64,000 nt of DNA from Macrostomum lignano (taxonomy: Eukaryota). The stretch is from contig NIVC01002771.1 in the NCBI GenBank assembly GCA_002269645.1, positions 1-64,000 on the forward strand. Reading direction: 5' to 3'. Position 1 is the first letter of the stretch. Each line of letters begins with the position of its first letter. Below, piece after piece: positions 37,557 through 51,030 of the stretch. A program made the translations under genes and the position numbers. A model generated the notes under the pieces. That model was not told the DNA's origin, ran no database searches, and saw only the letters and a list, made by a program, of their open reading frames with translations.

Positions 37557-37687
37557 GCTGCTAGCTCATTAACATAATTAATGCTGAGTTTGACAGCAGT
37601 CATTTGCATATAAACTGTATTCATATACAATTTTACTAGGCGTTTGGATATTCTGAAATTCTCTTTACCTATTCTAGTCTAGGACTC

Positions 37688-38430
37688 AGTAGATTCTGGG
37701 ACTCTATTAGTAGATTCTGGGACTCACTAGTAGATTCTGGGACTCTATTAGTAGATTATGGGACTCTATTAGTAGATTCTGGGACTCACTAGTAGATTCT
37801 GGGACTCTATTAGTAGATTATGGGACTCACTAGTAGATTCTGGGACTCTATTAGTAGATTCTGGGACTCACTAGTAGATTCTGGGACTCTATTAGTAGAT
37901 TATGGGACTCACTAGTAGATTCTGGGACTCTATTAGTAGATTCTGGGACTCACTAGTAGATTCTGGGACTCTATTAGTAGATTATGGGACTCTATTAGTA
38001 GATTCTGGGTCTCTATTAGTAGATTCTGGGACTCTATTAGTAGATTATGGGACTCTATTAGTAGATTCTGGGACTCTATTAGCAGATTCTGGGACTCTAT
38101 TAGTAGATTCTGGGACTCTATTAGCAGATTCTGGGTCTCTATTAGTAGATTCTGGGACTCTATTAGTAGATTCTGGGACTCTATTAGTAGATTCTGGGAC
38201 TCTATTAGTAGATTATGGGACTCTATTAGTAGATTCTGGGTCTCTATTAGTAGATTCTGGGACTCTATTAGTAGATTCTGGGACTCTATTAGTAGATTCT
38301 GGGACTCTATTAGCAGATTCTGGGACTCTATTAGTAGATTCTGGGACTCTATTAGCAGATTCTGGGTCTCTATTAGTAGATTCTGGGACTCTATTAGTAG
38401 ATTCTGGGACTCTATTAGCAGATTCTGGGA
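37688..38430. repeat. 20-21-bp minisatellite (AGTAGATTCTGGGACTCTATT)
   Basis: Visible tandem array. Confidence 0.96.
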
Positions 38431-39290
38431 CTATTAATAGGTTATAGGACTTATTAGTAAATAAGAAACAGAACTGTTTAAGTATGCTCAAATAATTCTG
38501 TCCCATAACGATAATTTTTAAGTGACAGGTTTTACTTCTGGGTTTTATTTCTAGAGCAGTCCCATTTTTAGTAGTTTTTCCCGTTAATATTTGTTTTGCC
38601 GGCCCCTTTTTCTACTGCAGTAGAATTTTTTTCAATAATTATATTGTGTCGGGGAGATGCTGGCACCTGTGGCGCGCAATAGTTTTAAGCATCGTTTTCT
38701 TTAAGTCGCTTTTAGACATCTGTGTAAAAATAGCAATACACTGCTTTTAATTTGCCTTCAGTTCTTATTCCCTATTAGGTCAAGCAATCGCACCAATTAT
38801 TCAATTTCTAAGTCACGCTGAGTTCATTTTGAGTGCAATTTCTATACTAATCTGAGTTATACAAAATACAATTTTCTATTGCTTTCGTCACCTGTTGGCA
38901 TATTGATTGTGCAATAAATCTTATTTGATTATAATTAGTTTGCACCCACCTTTCCTCATTTAATTTAATCATAGAAGTTTTTTGTTTACTGTTTTAGGTA
39001 ATTTATTAGTAAAGCCTACCTTCTGCCTCTGCTATTATCGTTGCTCGCGTAAGCGGCATTCCCTCTTTTTTATTAATCTCTAATAATTGACATCCTATTG
39101 TTTAGGCTGCGCTCTACTGTAGTAGTCAATTATCTTCATATAATTAATTATACCATAGTTTTCTCTCTGCTTAGCTAGTTTGTACTCCCAACCAGTTTTG
39201 GGTGAAAGTTTTAATCCCGTTTTAATCCGACTTTCATGTTCTTCATTTACAGGCTAACAAATTGTTTTCAAAGTAATTATTTCAAAATAA

Positions 39291-39530
39291 AATGACCCGT
39301 TCTCAAACTGAGAATGGCCACCAGTAGCATAATGACCCGTTCTCAAACTGAGAATGGCCACCAGTAGCATAATGACCCGTTCTCAAACTGAGAATGACCA
39401 TCAGTAGCATAATGACCCGTTCTCAAACTGAGAATGACCATCAGTAGCATAATGACCCGTTCTCAAACTGAGAATGACCATCAGTAGCATAATGACCCGT
39501 TCTCAAACTGAGAATGACCATCAGTAGCAT
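39291..39530. repeat. 40-bp minisatellite, 6 copies, with an internal TTCTCA-AAC-TGAGAA palindrome
   Basis: Exact 40-bp period starting at 39291. Confidence 0.96.
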
Positions 39531-39989
39531 AATTATAATTGTTCTTCACTATCTCAAGTGGCTTCAGTCTTGACAGAAGCGCATATTCTAATGACTTTGA
39601 GCAGGATTCTGCTCCAGTGTCACACCCAGTGGGTTAGGCAGTGACGTACACTGCGAGTTATCGTGCAGCATGCAGCATCTACATTTAAAGAGTAGTATAG
39701 GAGCATGATTGGTGACACAGAGCGGGATCTACTTTCTCATATCTTCCCTGTCAACCCGGCTGAGCTATAAGCTTATTGAAACGCGTGCAACGCGCGGCTT
39801 AGCCTGGGAAGTTGTGCTCACTTTCTCGAGTTACAATAAGACAGAACTGGGCGGGGCGCTCCAGCCAGTGATGATGACTGGTTCGACTGACGAAGGGGTG
39901 CAGAAAGTGAGCCTAAAAAGCCACACCTTTTTCATACTTTGCCAACTTGACTGTTTGATCACTAAGATCGTTTTAAAGCTACGAGTATT

Positions 39990-41015
39990 CCACTCAGTCA
40001 GTCTCATTCTATTCCTCATCATCTACTCAGTCAGACTCATTCTATTCCTCATCTTCTACTCAGTCAGTCTCATTCTATTCCTCATCATCTACTCAGTCAG
40101 ACTCATTCTATTCCTCATCTTCTACTCAGCCAGTCTCATTCTATTCCTCATCATCTACTCAGTCAGACTCATTCTATTCCTCATCTTCTACTCAGCCAGT
40201 CTCATCTAGTCTATTCCTCATCTTCTACTCAGCCAGTCTCATCTAGTCTATTCCTCATCTTCTACTCAGCCAGTCTCATCTAGTCTATTCCTCATCTTCT
40301 ACTCAGCCAGTCTCATCTAGTATATTCCTCATCTTCTACTCAGCCAGTCTCATTCTATTCCTCATCTTCTACTCAGCCAGTCTCATCTAGTCTATTCCTC
40401 ATCTTCTACTCAGCCAGTCTCATTCTATTCCTCATCTTCTACTCAGCCAGTCTCATCTAGTCTATTCCTCATCTTCTACTCAGCCAGTCTCATCTAGTCT
40501 ATTCCTCATCTTCTACTCAGCCAGTCTCATTCTATTCCTCATCTTCTACTCAGCCAGTCTCATCTAGTCTATTCCTCATCTTCTACTCAGCCAGTCTCAT
40601 TCTATTCCTCATCTTCTACTCAGCCAGTCTCATTCTATTCCTCATCTTCTACTCAGCCAGTCTCATTCTATTCCTCATCTTCTACTCAGCCAGTCTCATT
40701 CTATTCCTCATCTTCTACTCAGCCAGTCTCATTCTATTCCTCATCATCTACTCAGCCAGTCTCATTCTATTCCTCATCATCTACTCAGCCAGTCTCATTC
40801 TATTCCTCATCTTCTACTCAGCCAGTCTCATTCTATTCCTCATCTTCTACTCAGCCAGTCTCATTCTATTCCTCATCTTCTACTCAGCCAGTCTCATTCT
40901 ATTCCTCATCTTCTACTCAGCCAGTCTCATTCTATTCCTCATCTTCTACTCAGCCAGTCTCATCTAGTCTATTCCTCATCATCTACTCAGCCAGTCTCAT
41001 TCTATTCCTCATCAT
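39990..41015. repeat. 33-bp minisatellite (ACTCAGCCAGTCTCATTCTATTCCTCATCTTCT)
   Basis: Visible tandem array with a CTAGT variant unit. Confidence 0.96.
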
Positions 41016-41749
41016 CATATTCAGTTTAACATTAAAACCGATATACTGAAGTCACAATAGGAGCAAATAGGGAAATCGCCACCTCCCTGACATGATGATG
41101 GCCAAGGGGCCCGGCCCCCGGCATCTATATGCGAAACCCTAGTACGCTAAGTATACTTGCCGCCCAGTGAGGTACGGCGCTACATCTATCCAGACATGCA
41201 TCGAGCCGTGACCGCCTCAAATCAAGCCATTCATTCATTCCACCTTGCCTAGCATCAGTCAGGCTTGAAATATTTTGTGTTGCTCGATTGTTTTGCCCTC
41301 AGGTTTGTTTGAGGCGCATCCTATCCAGCATGTTACGCACCAACTGTGCTCAAAGCCCAGCTCTGTTCCCTTATTTGGATTGGGCTTGACGCTTCACGGA
41401 GCACAGGCGTAATAGCGCTTCTGGGCTGATGCCGCTATGGGCGGGGATGCTGTCAGCTGTTGTGTGCAGATCTTGAACTGCTTCCCATTCGCTTCCCCCT
41501 GCTGTTTATTGATTGTAACCACCTGCTTTGCTGGCGATTCTTATCTGACTGTGCAGATTTGAAAACCGCTCGCTTTGTTTATGATCCATTGATTGCCTTG
41601 GTCATTAGCGGCGGGATGACCTGCGTTTATCGACTCAGTTATCGTTATTAGTTATTAACGTTATTAGATATTTGTTACTAGTTACCGACTTATCTTTGGC
41701 GTTGAAACACACCCAACCTTCGCGCTAAAACGCACTCTTTTTGGCGCTT

Positions 41750-42878
41750 AATCTCATCTTGGCGCTTAATCTCATCTTGGCGCTTAATCTCATCTTGGCG
41801 CTTAATCTCATCTTGTCGCATAATCTCATCTTGGCGCTTAATCCCAGCTTGGCGCTTAAACACACCCATATTGGCGCTTAAACACATATCTTGGCGCTTA
41901 ATAAAGACACTCATCTAGGCGTTTAAACACACTCATCAAGGCGTTTAAACACACTCATCAAGGCGTTTAAACACACTCATCAAGGCGTTTAAACACACTC
42001 ATCAAGGCGTTTAAACACACTCATCTAGGCGTTTAAACACTCATCTAGGCGTTTAAACACTCATCTAGGCGTTTAAACACTCATCTAGGCGTTTAAACAC
42101 TCATCTAGGCGTTTAAACACTCATCTAGGCGTTTAAACACTCATCTAGGCGTTTAAACACACTCATCTTTGGCGTTTAAACACACTCATCTTTGGCGTTT
42201 AAACACTCATCTAGGCGTTTAAACACTCATCTAGGCGTTTAAACACACTCATCAAGGCGTTTAAACACACTCATCTAGGCGTTTAAACACTCATCTAGGC
42301 GTTTAAACACTCATCTAGGCGTTTAAACACTCATCTAGGCGTTTAAACACTCATCTAGGCGTTTAAACACTCATCTAGGCGTTTAAACACTCATCTAGGC
42401 GTTTAAACACACTCATCTTTGGCGTTTAAACACACTCATCTTTGGCGTTTAAACACTCATCTAGGCGTTTAAACACTCATCTAGGCGTTTAAACACACTC
42501 ATCAAGGCGTTTAAACACTCATCTAGGCGTTTAAACACACTCATCAAGGCGTTTAAACACACTCATCAAGGCGTTTAAACACACTCATCAAGGCGTTTAA
42601 ACACTCATCTAGGCGTTTAAACACACTCATCTTTGGCGTTTAAACACACTCATCTTAGGCGCTTAAACACACTCATCTTAGGCGTTTAAACACACTCATC
42701 TAGGCGTTTAAACACTCATCTAGGCGTTTAAACACACTTATCTTTGGCGCTTAAACACACTCATCTAGGCGTTTAAACACTCTCATCTAGGAGTTTAAAC
42801 ACACTCATCTAGGAGTTTAAACACACTCATCTAGGCGTTTAAACACACTCATCTAGGCGTTTAAACACACTCATCTTT
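41750..42878. repeat. Compound minisatellite: 18-bp (TTGGCGCTTAATCTCATC) grading into 20-23-bp (GGCGTTTAAACACACTCATCTA)
   Basis: Visible array with a gradual change in the unit. Confidence 0.95.
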
Positions 42879-43267
42879 ATAAAATATTTTCTAGCTGGGT
42901 TGCATGAAGCCCTCTATTTTCATGTAGAATAGCATAAAAATTTATCTTTACTTCGTACACTTGGTTTAGAATAATTAAGCATTAGCATGACCTCGCGCCA
43001 TTGTCGGCAGCTGTTTAGCAGCATGTGAAAATCGGGCAGCTTTTTGTCAGCTCAATCTCTGGAAAACTCAAGTCAGATTGAAAAAGACAGCAGCAGAATC
43101 TCTTCGAGATTCTCTTGGCGACTTCCGGACCGCCTGCTGCTGCTCCTCAAAGATTTACGAGCGGATGCCCGTCCGCTTTTTGTCACTTCCTTTCTTCCTT
43201 CTTATCTGTGAAAAGCTGGCCCAGGAAATTTCAATCGTGATGCTTTTTTGTTCAAGCAACAATATAT

Positions 43268-43712
<445 letters not shown>

Positions 43713-44104
43713 CAGTCAGTCGATTCAACTATAGAAATGGCCAGTCTTGGTATGAATTGGTATGAAAGAGGAAGTACAAAATAGCTTCCAACCCCCTCAA
43801 GCCCTCTCTTATCTTTAAGAATGCAGAGGGCAGCTGCGAGTTCAATTCCAATTGAGCAACAGCTCAATCGACACGCAATGCCAGCCAGTGCAGATCTTTG
43901 CTTTTTCCGGTCGCTCAGTTTGAGTGGCTTAAAGGGTATGAGATTTGAGTAGGTAAGCACTAAATCAGTATGATTTTCTATGTCATGCAGCTGTGCCAGT
44001 AATGACTTGTGAACTGAGTTTCAGTTTGAGTCCTATCGGAGTTAAAGGATTTAAGGGCAGGGGGCCGCCCTCCCCCTTTAATAGGCGCCTCTATTCCTGG
44101 TTTC

Positions 44105-44617
44105 TTGGTGCTGGCGCCCCTTGGTGCTGGCGCCCCTTGGTGCTGGCGCCCCTTGGTGCTGGCGCCCCTTGGTGCTGGCGCCCCTTGGTGCTGGCGCCCC
44201 TTGGTGCTGGCGCCCCTTGGTGCTGGCGCCCCTTGGTGCTGGCGCCCCTTGGTGCTGGCGCCCCTTGGTGCTGGCGCCCCTTGGTGCTGGCGCCCCTTGG
44301 TGCTGGCGCCCCTTGGTGCTGGCGCCCCTTGGTGCTGGCGCCCCTTGGTGCTGGCGCCCCTTGGTGCTGGCGCCCCTTGGTGCTGGCGCCCCTTGGTGCT
44401 GGCGCCCCTTGGTGCTGGCGCCCCTTGGTGCTGGCGCCCCTTGGTGCTGGCGCCCCTTGGTGCTGGCGCCCCTTGGTGCTGGCGCCCCTTGGTGCTGGCG
44501 CCCCTTGGTGCTGGCGCCCCTTGGTGCTGGCGCCCCTTGGTGCTGGCGCCCCTTGGTGCTGGCGCCCCTTGGTGCTGGCGCCCCTTGGTGCTGGCGCCCC
44601 TTGGTGCTGGCGCCCCT
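44105..44617. repeat. Perfect 16-bp minisatellite (CCCCTTGGTGCTGGCG)
   Basis: About 32 identical units. Confidence 0.98.
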
Positions 44618-45139
44618 GATCAGATTCATGATTTGTAGCGTTTATAGCGAAGTCACTGTAGGTCCGGGACAATTAAAACACTGCATTTAGAGCTATTTCA
44701 TTCAGCGATTGTTGATCTGAAAAAATATTGGTCAACTCTCTTTCTTGATTGCAATTTGCATTTTAGGGCATTACGGGCATAGAAATCGTCAGCTTATTTA
44801 CCTACTAACAGTAGTTAAATCTACTTCAACCAATGAGTCAGCAGCAGCCTTGGCATGGCCGAGTGTATAAAGCAGTCAAGTTTAATAGGTCGCTTTCAAT
44901 TGGCTGGGCTGCGGCTTATATGTATAGGCGGTCCGCGCTATCTGCTGGGTTCCCATGCTGAGCCTCTCGAACTCGTTCTGACCGCGGCTTGAGCGAGCAA
45001 AGCGTTACCCCCACCCAACCCTTGCCTTAATCTCTTGATAGCAGCTCCTGATAGCAACTGTACAATCGTTGATTGTACAGTTCAACCCCCGCGGCAACTG
45101 GCGTTTTTGTGGCTCTTCTTATCCAAGTAAGTGTCCAAG

Positions 45140-45185
45140 CAAATAGCAGTAGCAGTAGCAGCAGCAGTAGCAGTAGCAGTAGCTA

Positions 45186-45220
<35 letters not shown>

Positions 45221-45256
45221 AGTAGTAGTAGTAGTAGTAGTAGTAGCAGCAGCAGC

Positions 45257-45290
<34 letters not shown>

Positions 45291-45345
45291 AGTAGTAGTA
45301 GTAGTAGTAGTAGCAGTAGTAGCTGCAGTAATAATAGTAGTAGTA
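45140..45345. repeat. (TAG)n/(CAG)n trinucleotide microsatellite
   Basis: Directly visible. Confidence 0.95.
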
Positions 45346-45905
45346 TTAACAACATTACAAAAATATATTTTCTATTTTGTTACATATCATCAACCCTGAA
45401 CACTATAAAGTAGCTCAGGATAAAATGCAAAGACTACGTATTATCTGAGGCATGAGCTAACTTCTTGAGTTCTTTCGAAAACATTTTGCTAACGAATATT
45501 TGCTGTAAATAATCGGAGGCAGCGAGAGGCAGTCATCATCCTAGCGCTGATTCCGAGATCCGTCATACATCAACTCCCCGTGAATGGTTCATTTTCAGGC
45601 CTCTCTGCAGTGCCAAAGCAGAAAGATAGAAGGAGATGCAGCAGAAGGAATGCTCTGTTCAGCGTCTTCATCCACCTTTTCCAGCCGCCGCAATTGCGCT
45701 GCGCGACTTTCATTTTCGCACAGCTGTTGCCTGCCGAAGCAATTTAGTTCGATTCTCTGCTGCCGGACAGATGATGAGTGGGAGGCTGGCTTAGCAGGCT
45801 GGCTGTGGGGCCAGATGCTTCCATGCTTCCGTGTTCCAGGCTTATCTCTGTGACTTCTGCTTTTATCTGGCTGTGCCGCTGTGTGCGACTGTCTGCTGCT
45901 TTCTG

Positions 45906-46129
<224 letters not shown>

Positions 46130-46559
46130 GAATCTACCCTGTCAGAACATCGCGCTAAGCTTCAGCCTTGACACTCCTTTGCCCGATTTGAACCTCAAAT
46201 CAGCCGAAATTGTATTTGAGCGCGTCTATTCGCGGCCCACCGGCTCAAATTGGACGGAGGACTGTTAAGGGCGGAAGGCGCGTTGAACGTCATTAAACCC
46301 GATCCCCATCCCTAGGAGCTCAGTCTTTGATACCCGCGCGTTTTGCCGTTGAGTTCGGATCCTGAGTCGCTTATGATTTTTAAAGGTGTTTCCTACTCAA
46401 ATATTCTTAACTACTCGTACAAATGAATATCACCTTATATGCATTGATAAAAATTACTTTTTTGATCTTGTGAAATAGATCCTTAAAATCTGGTGAACCT
46501 GATTTGAGGATTTTGTACAACTGGTGTACGGAGCCGTTACCCCTGATGCTCCTGTATTG

Positions 46560-46990
46560 TAAATCTGATGCTTAGATCTTGTACATCTGATACTTGCATC
46601 TTGTACATCTGATGCTTTGATCTTGTACATCTGATGCTTTGATCTTGTACATCTGATGCTTTGATCTTGTACATCTGATGCTTTGATCTTGTACATCTGA
46701 TGCTTTGATCTTGTACATCTGATGCTTTGATCTTGTACATCTGATACTTGCATCTTGTACATCTGATGCTTAGATCTTGTACATCTGATGCTTTGATCTT
46801 GTACATCTGATGCTTTGATCTTGTAAACCTGATGCTAAGATCTTGTACATCTGATGCTTAGATCTTGTACATCTGATGCTTTGATCTTGTACACCTGATG
46901 CTTAGATCTTGTACACCTGATGCTTAGATCTTGTACATCTGATGCTTAGATCTTGTACACCCGAAGCTAGGATCCTGTACAACCGATGCT
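46560..46990. repeat. 22-bp minisatellite (ATCTGATGCTTTGATCTTGTAC)
   Basis: Visible tandem array. Confidence 0.95.
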
Positions 46991-47129
46991 TGGATCTAAA
47001 GGACTAAAAACAGGGCTACAAGGATTTCTGTGGCTATCAGAACTTCGATACTTGAGTTTGACTATAGAAGTACATATTTATTAGTGCTGCCTTCGGTTGT
47101 ACATAGCTGCTTAGCTGAGATATGCTGGA

Positions 47130-47340
47130 TAATTAAAGACAAACCAATCTGAGTAAGAGCTCTGGCGTGAGCTATGTGCATACACAGTATAATTCTGGTA
47201 CCCATTTTACAGCTGGGTGAACTGAAGCAATGCAGAGTTAAGTGTCTTGCTCGAGAACACAAATTGTTCTGCGAGGTCAAGAATCGAACCCCTGACCTTC
47301 CATTCGTGAGTCCGACGCTCTAACCACTAGGCTAAAACCC
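47130..47340 (-). mobile_element. tRNA-derived CORE-type SINE
   Basis: Minus strand: A box TAGCCTAGTGG, B box GGTTCGATTCT, then CORE-like GAGCAAGACACTTAAC...TCAGTTCACCCAGCTGTAAAATGGGTACC (compare the MIR core CTCAGTTTCCTCATCTGTAAAATGGG). Confidence 0.85.
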
Positions 47341-47341
47341 C

Positions 47342-48245
47342 TACCAGTACAAGCACGCAAACCTATGTACATACACAGTACCAGTACAAGAACTCAAACT
47401 TATGTACATACACAGTACCAGTACAAGAACTCAAAGTTATGTACATACACAGTACCAGTACAAGAACTCAAACTTATGTACATACACAGTACCAGTACAA
47501 GAACTCAAACTTATGTACATACACAGTACCAGTACAAGAACTCAAACGTATGTACATACACAGTACCAGTACAAGAACTCAAACTTATGTACATACACAG
47601 TACCAGTACAAGAACACAAAGCTATGTACATACACAGTACCATTACAAAAACACAAAGTTATGTACATACACAGTACCAGTACAAGAACACAAAGCTATG
47701 TACATACACAGTACCAGTACAAGCACGCAAACCTATGTACATACGCAGTACCAATACAAGAACACAAAGTTATGTACATACACAGTACCATTACAAAAAC
47801 ACAAAGTTATGTACATACACAGTACCAGTACAAGAACGCAAAGTTATGTACATACACAGTACCAGTACAAGAACTCAAACTTATGTACATACACAGTACC
47901 AGTACAAGAACTCAAACGTATGTACATACACAGTACCAGTACAAGAACTCAAACTTATGTACATACACAGTACCAGTACAAGAACACAAAGCTATGTACA
48001 TACACAGTACCATTACAAAAACACAAAGTTATGTACATACACAGTACCAGTACAAGAACACAAAGCTATGTACATACACAGTACCAGTACAAGCACGCAA
48101 ACCTATGTACATACGCAGTACCAATACAAGAACACAAAGTTATGTACATACACAGTACCATTACAAAAACACAAAGTTATGTACATACACAGTACCAGTA
48201 CAAGAACGCAAAGTTATGTACATACACAGTACCAGTACAAGCACG
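47342..48245. repeat. 37-bp minisatellite (CAGTACCAGTACAAGAACTCAAACTTATGTACATACA)
   Basis: Visible array abutting the SINE head. Confidence 0.96.
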
Positions 48246-48874
48246 CGATCAAATAAAAAACAATTATAAATGCTCCAATCATTTTTGCGTCCAAATTTGT
48301 CCGTCCACTCAGCGCGCAATTATCCTTTTGAGTCACATTTGAGTCACAGGTTGATATTTGCCATTGCACACTGAAATCCTGCTAGCCCAAGGCAGTTTAC
48401 ATTTTGCAAAGGAGTTGATAAAAGAATTTACTTCAATGCTGTTTTTGCGTGAGATTTCTTATCCAATTTGAGCACAGCAACAAGGCTGATGCCGCCGCCG
48501 CCCCCCGCCCAAGTTTATGACTTCTGACGCCGCTCCGCCGCCCAAGGAGTCATAAAAACTTGCGCGGTCACGTGTGACCCCCGCCGCACTCTGAACCTTT
48601 TCAAGACTCGATTTGAGAACAAAGAGATTCGAGAGTTTGCTGGCAGCTCGAAATTGAGCACCTGGCGGACAAATTTTACAACTTAGCGAGTTCGTCTCGG
48701 CCGCCCCCGCTTTTATTTAGGCATCTCTGTGCATTGCTACTTGAAGTAGGCTCGCATTTATTTTTTCTAACGAATTTATTAAAAGAAAGAGAAAACAAAA
48801 CCGCATTAATATTTGACATGTTGATTTGACAATAAAAATGAAATAGAATATCGGCATCTTAAAGTCATTATTGG

Positions 48875-49880
48875 CATCTGAGATTCAGGATTGGCATATG
48901 GAATTCAGGATTAGCATATGAGATTCAGGATTGGTGTCTGAGATTCAGGATTGGTGTCTGAGATTCAGGATTGTTATCTGAGATTCAGGATTGGCAGCTG
49001 AGATTCAGAATTGGCATCTGAGATTCAGGATTGGCATCTGAGATTCAGGATTGGCATCTGAGATTCAGGATTGGCATCTGAGATTCAGGATTGGCATATG
49101 AGATTCAGAATTGGTGTCTGAGATTCAGGATTGGTGTCTGAGATTCAGGATTGGCATATGAGATTCAGGATTGGCATATGAGATTCAGAATTGGTGTCTG
49201 AGATTCAGGATTGGTGTCTGAGATTCAGGATTGGCATCTGAGATTCAGGATTGGCATCTGAGATTCAGGATTGGCATCTGAGATTCAGGATTGGCATATG
49301 AGATTCAGGATTGGTGTCTGAGATTCAGGATTGGTGTCTGAGATTCAGGATTGGTGTCTGAGATTCAGGATTGGCATATGAGATTCTGGATTGGCATATG
49401 AGATTCGGGATTGTCAGCTGAGATTCAGAATTGGCATCTGAGATTCAGGATTGGTATCTGAGATTCGGGTTGGCATTTGAGATTCAGGATTGTCAGCTGA
49501 GATTCAGAATTGGCATCTGAGATTCAGGATTGGCATCTGAGATTCAGGATTGTCAGCTGAGATTCAGGATTGGCATCTGAGATTCAGGATTGTCAGCTGA
49601 GATTCAGAATTGGCATCTGAGATTCAGGATTAGTGTCTGAGATTCAGGATTGGCATATGAGATTCAGGATTGGCATATGAGATTCAGGATTGGCATATGA
49701 GATTCAGGATTGGCATCTGAGATTCAGGATTGGCATATGAGATTCAGGATTGGCATCTGAGATTCAGGATTGGCATCTGAGATTCAGGATTGGTGTCTGA
49801 GATTCAGGATTGGCATCTGAGATTCAGGATTGGCATCTGAGATTCAGGATTGGCATCTGAGATTCATGATCTTGATCTGA
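48875..49880. repeat. 20-bp minisatellite (GAGATTCAGGATTGGCATCT)
   Basis: Visible array of about 50 units. Confidence 0.97.
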
Positions 49881-50309
49881 AATTCCTGATCTAAGCAAAA
49901 AGAGTTCACTATCAATGTTCTTGGCTTTATCATTTGCAATAAAACAATCTTGAACTCTCGTGACCCCTAAAACTCGCTATTGATGCTCCCATTGTCTAGC
50001 CTGAGCATGGTTCCCCCGCTTCATCGGCATCCTGTTTGGGGCAGGACCAAAGCATGGGACTGCAGTCTGGCCGTGAGAATTCGCAGGCGTTGCGCCACAA
50101 AGATGAGCTGGAAAATTATTGGGGACGGGAAATAATGGGATGACTTTGAGGAGAAATTCTGCTCTGGAGGGATCTAGAAGCCAACAGGTGTGATTACGAG
50201 TGTTGTATTGTCGCATCCCTTCCACTTGTCTGTAATGATCTTCAAACACTCGATCGGGGACAGCTCAGCATTGAGACGGAGTCTAATCCGCTTACCAGCT
50301 CTCTGCGCC

Positions 50310-51030
50310 GCTACCAGCCCTCACTGTCTCATTCTGGTGGCCCTCACTGTCTCATTCTGGTGGCCCTCACTGTCTCATTCTGGTGGCCCTCACTGTCTCA
50401 TTCTGGTGGCCCTCACTGTCTCATTCTGGCTGACGCCGCTACCAGCCCTCACTGTCTCATTCTGGTGGCCCTCACTGTCTCATTCTGGTGGCCCTCACTG
50501 TCTCATTCTGGCTGACGCCGCTACCAGCCCTCACTGTCTCATTCTGGTGGCCCTCGCTGTCTCATTCTGGCTGACGCCGCTACCAGCCCTCACTGTCTCA
50601 TTCTGGTGGCCCTCACTGTCTCATTCTGGCTGACGCCGCTACCAGCCCTCACTGTCTCATTCTGGTGGCCCTCACTGTCTCATTCTGGCTGACGTCGCTA
50701 CCAGCCCTCACTGTCTCATTCTGGTGGCCCTCACTGTCTCATTCTGGCTGACGCCGCTACCAGCCCTCACTGTCTCATTCTGGTGGCCCTCGCTGTCTCA
50801 TTCTGGCTGACGCCGCTACCAGCCCTCACTGTCTCATTCTGGTGGCCCTCACTGTCTCATTCTGGCTGACGCCGCTACCAGCACTCACTGTCTCATTCTG
50901 GCTGACGCCGCTTCCAGCCCTCACTGTCTCATTCTGGTGGCCCTCACTGTCTCATTCTGGCTGACGCCGCTACCAGCCCTCACTGTCTCATTCTGGCTGA
51001 CGCCGCTACCAGCTCTCACTGTCTCATTCT
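50310..51030. repeat. Compound minisatellite (CCCTCACTGTCTCATTCTGG alternating with TGG or CTGACGCCGCTACCAG)
   Basis: Visible two-module array. Confidence 0.94.

Noticed and set aside
39291-39530. CRISPR-like palindromic 40-bp repeats
   Set aside because: The units are contiguous with no unique spacers, no cas genes are present, and the context is eukaryotic.
41100-41143. GC hairpin plus CTAGT as another Helitron 3' end
   Set aside because: The hairpin-to-CTAG spacing (about 19 nt) is too long; it could equally be a TAGGG-type hAT/MITE terminus, and no partner end was found.
47275-47340. tRNA gene
   Set aside because: It has A and B boxes but no complete cloverleaf and continues into a CORE domain, so it is a SINE head.
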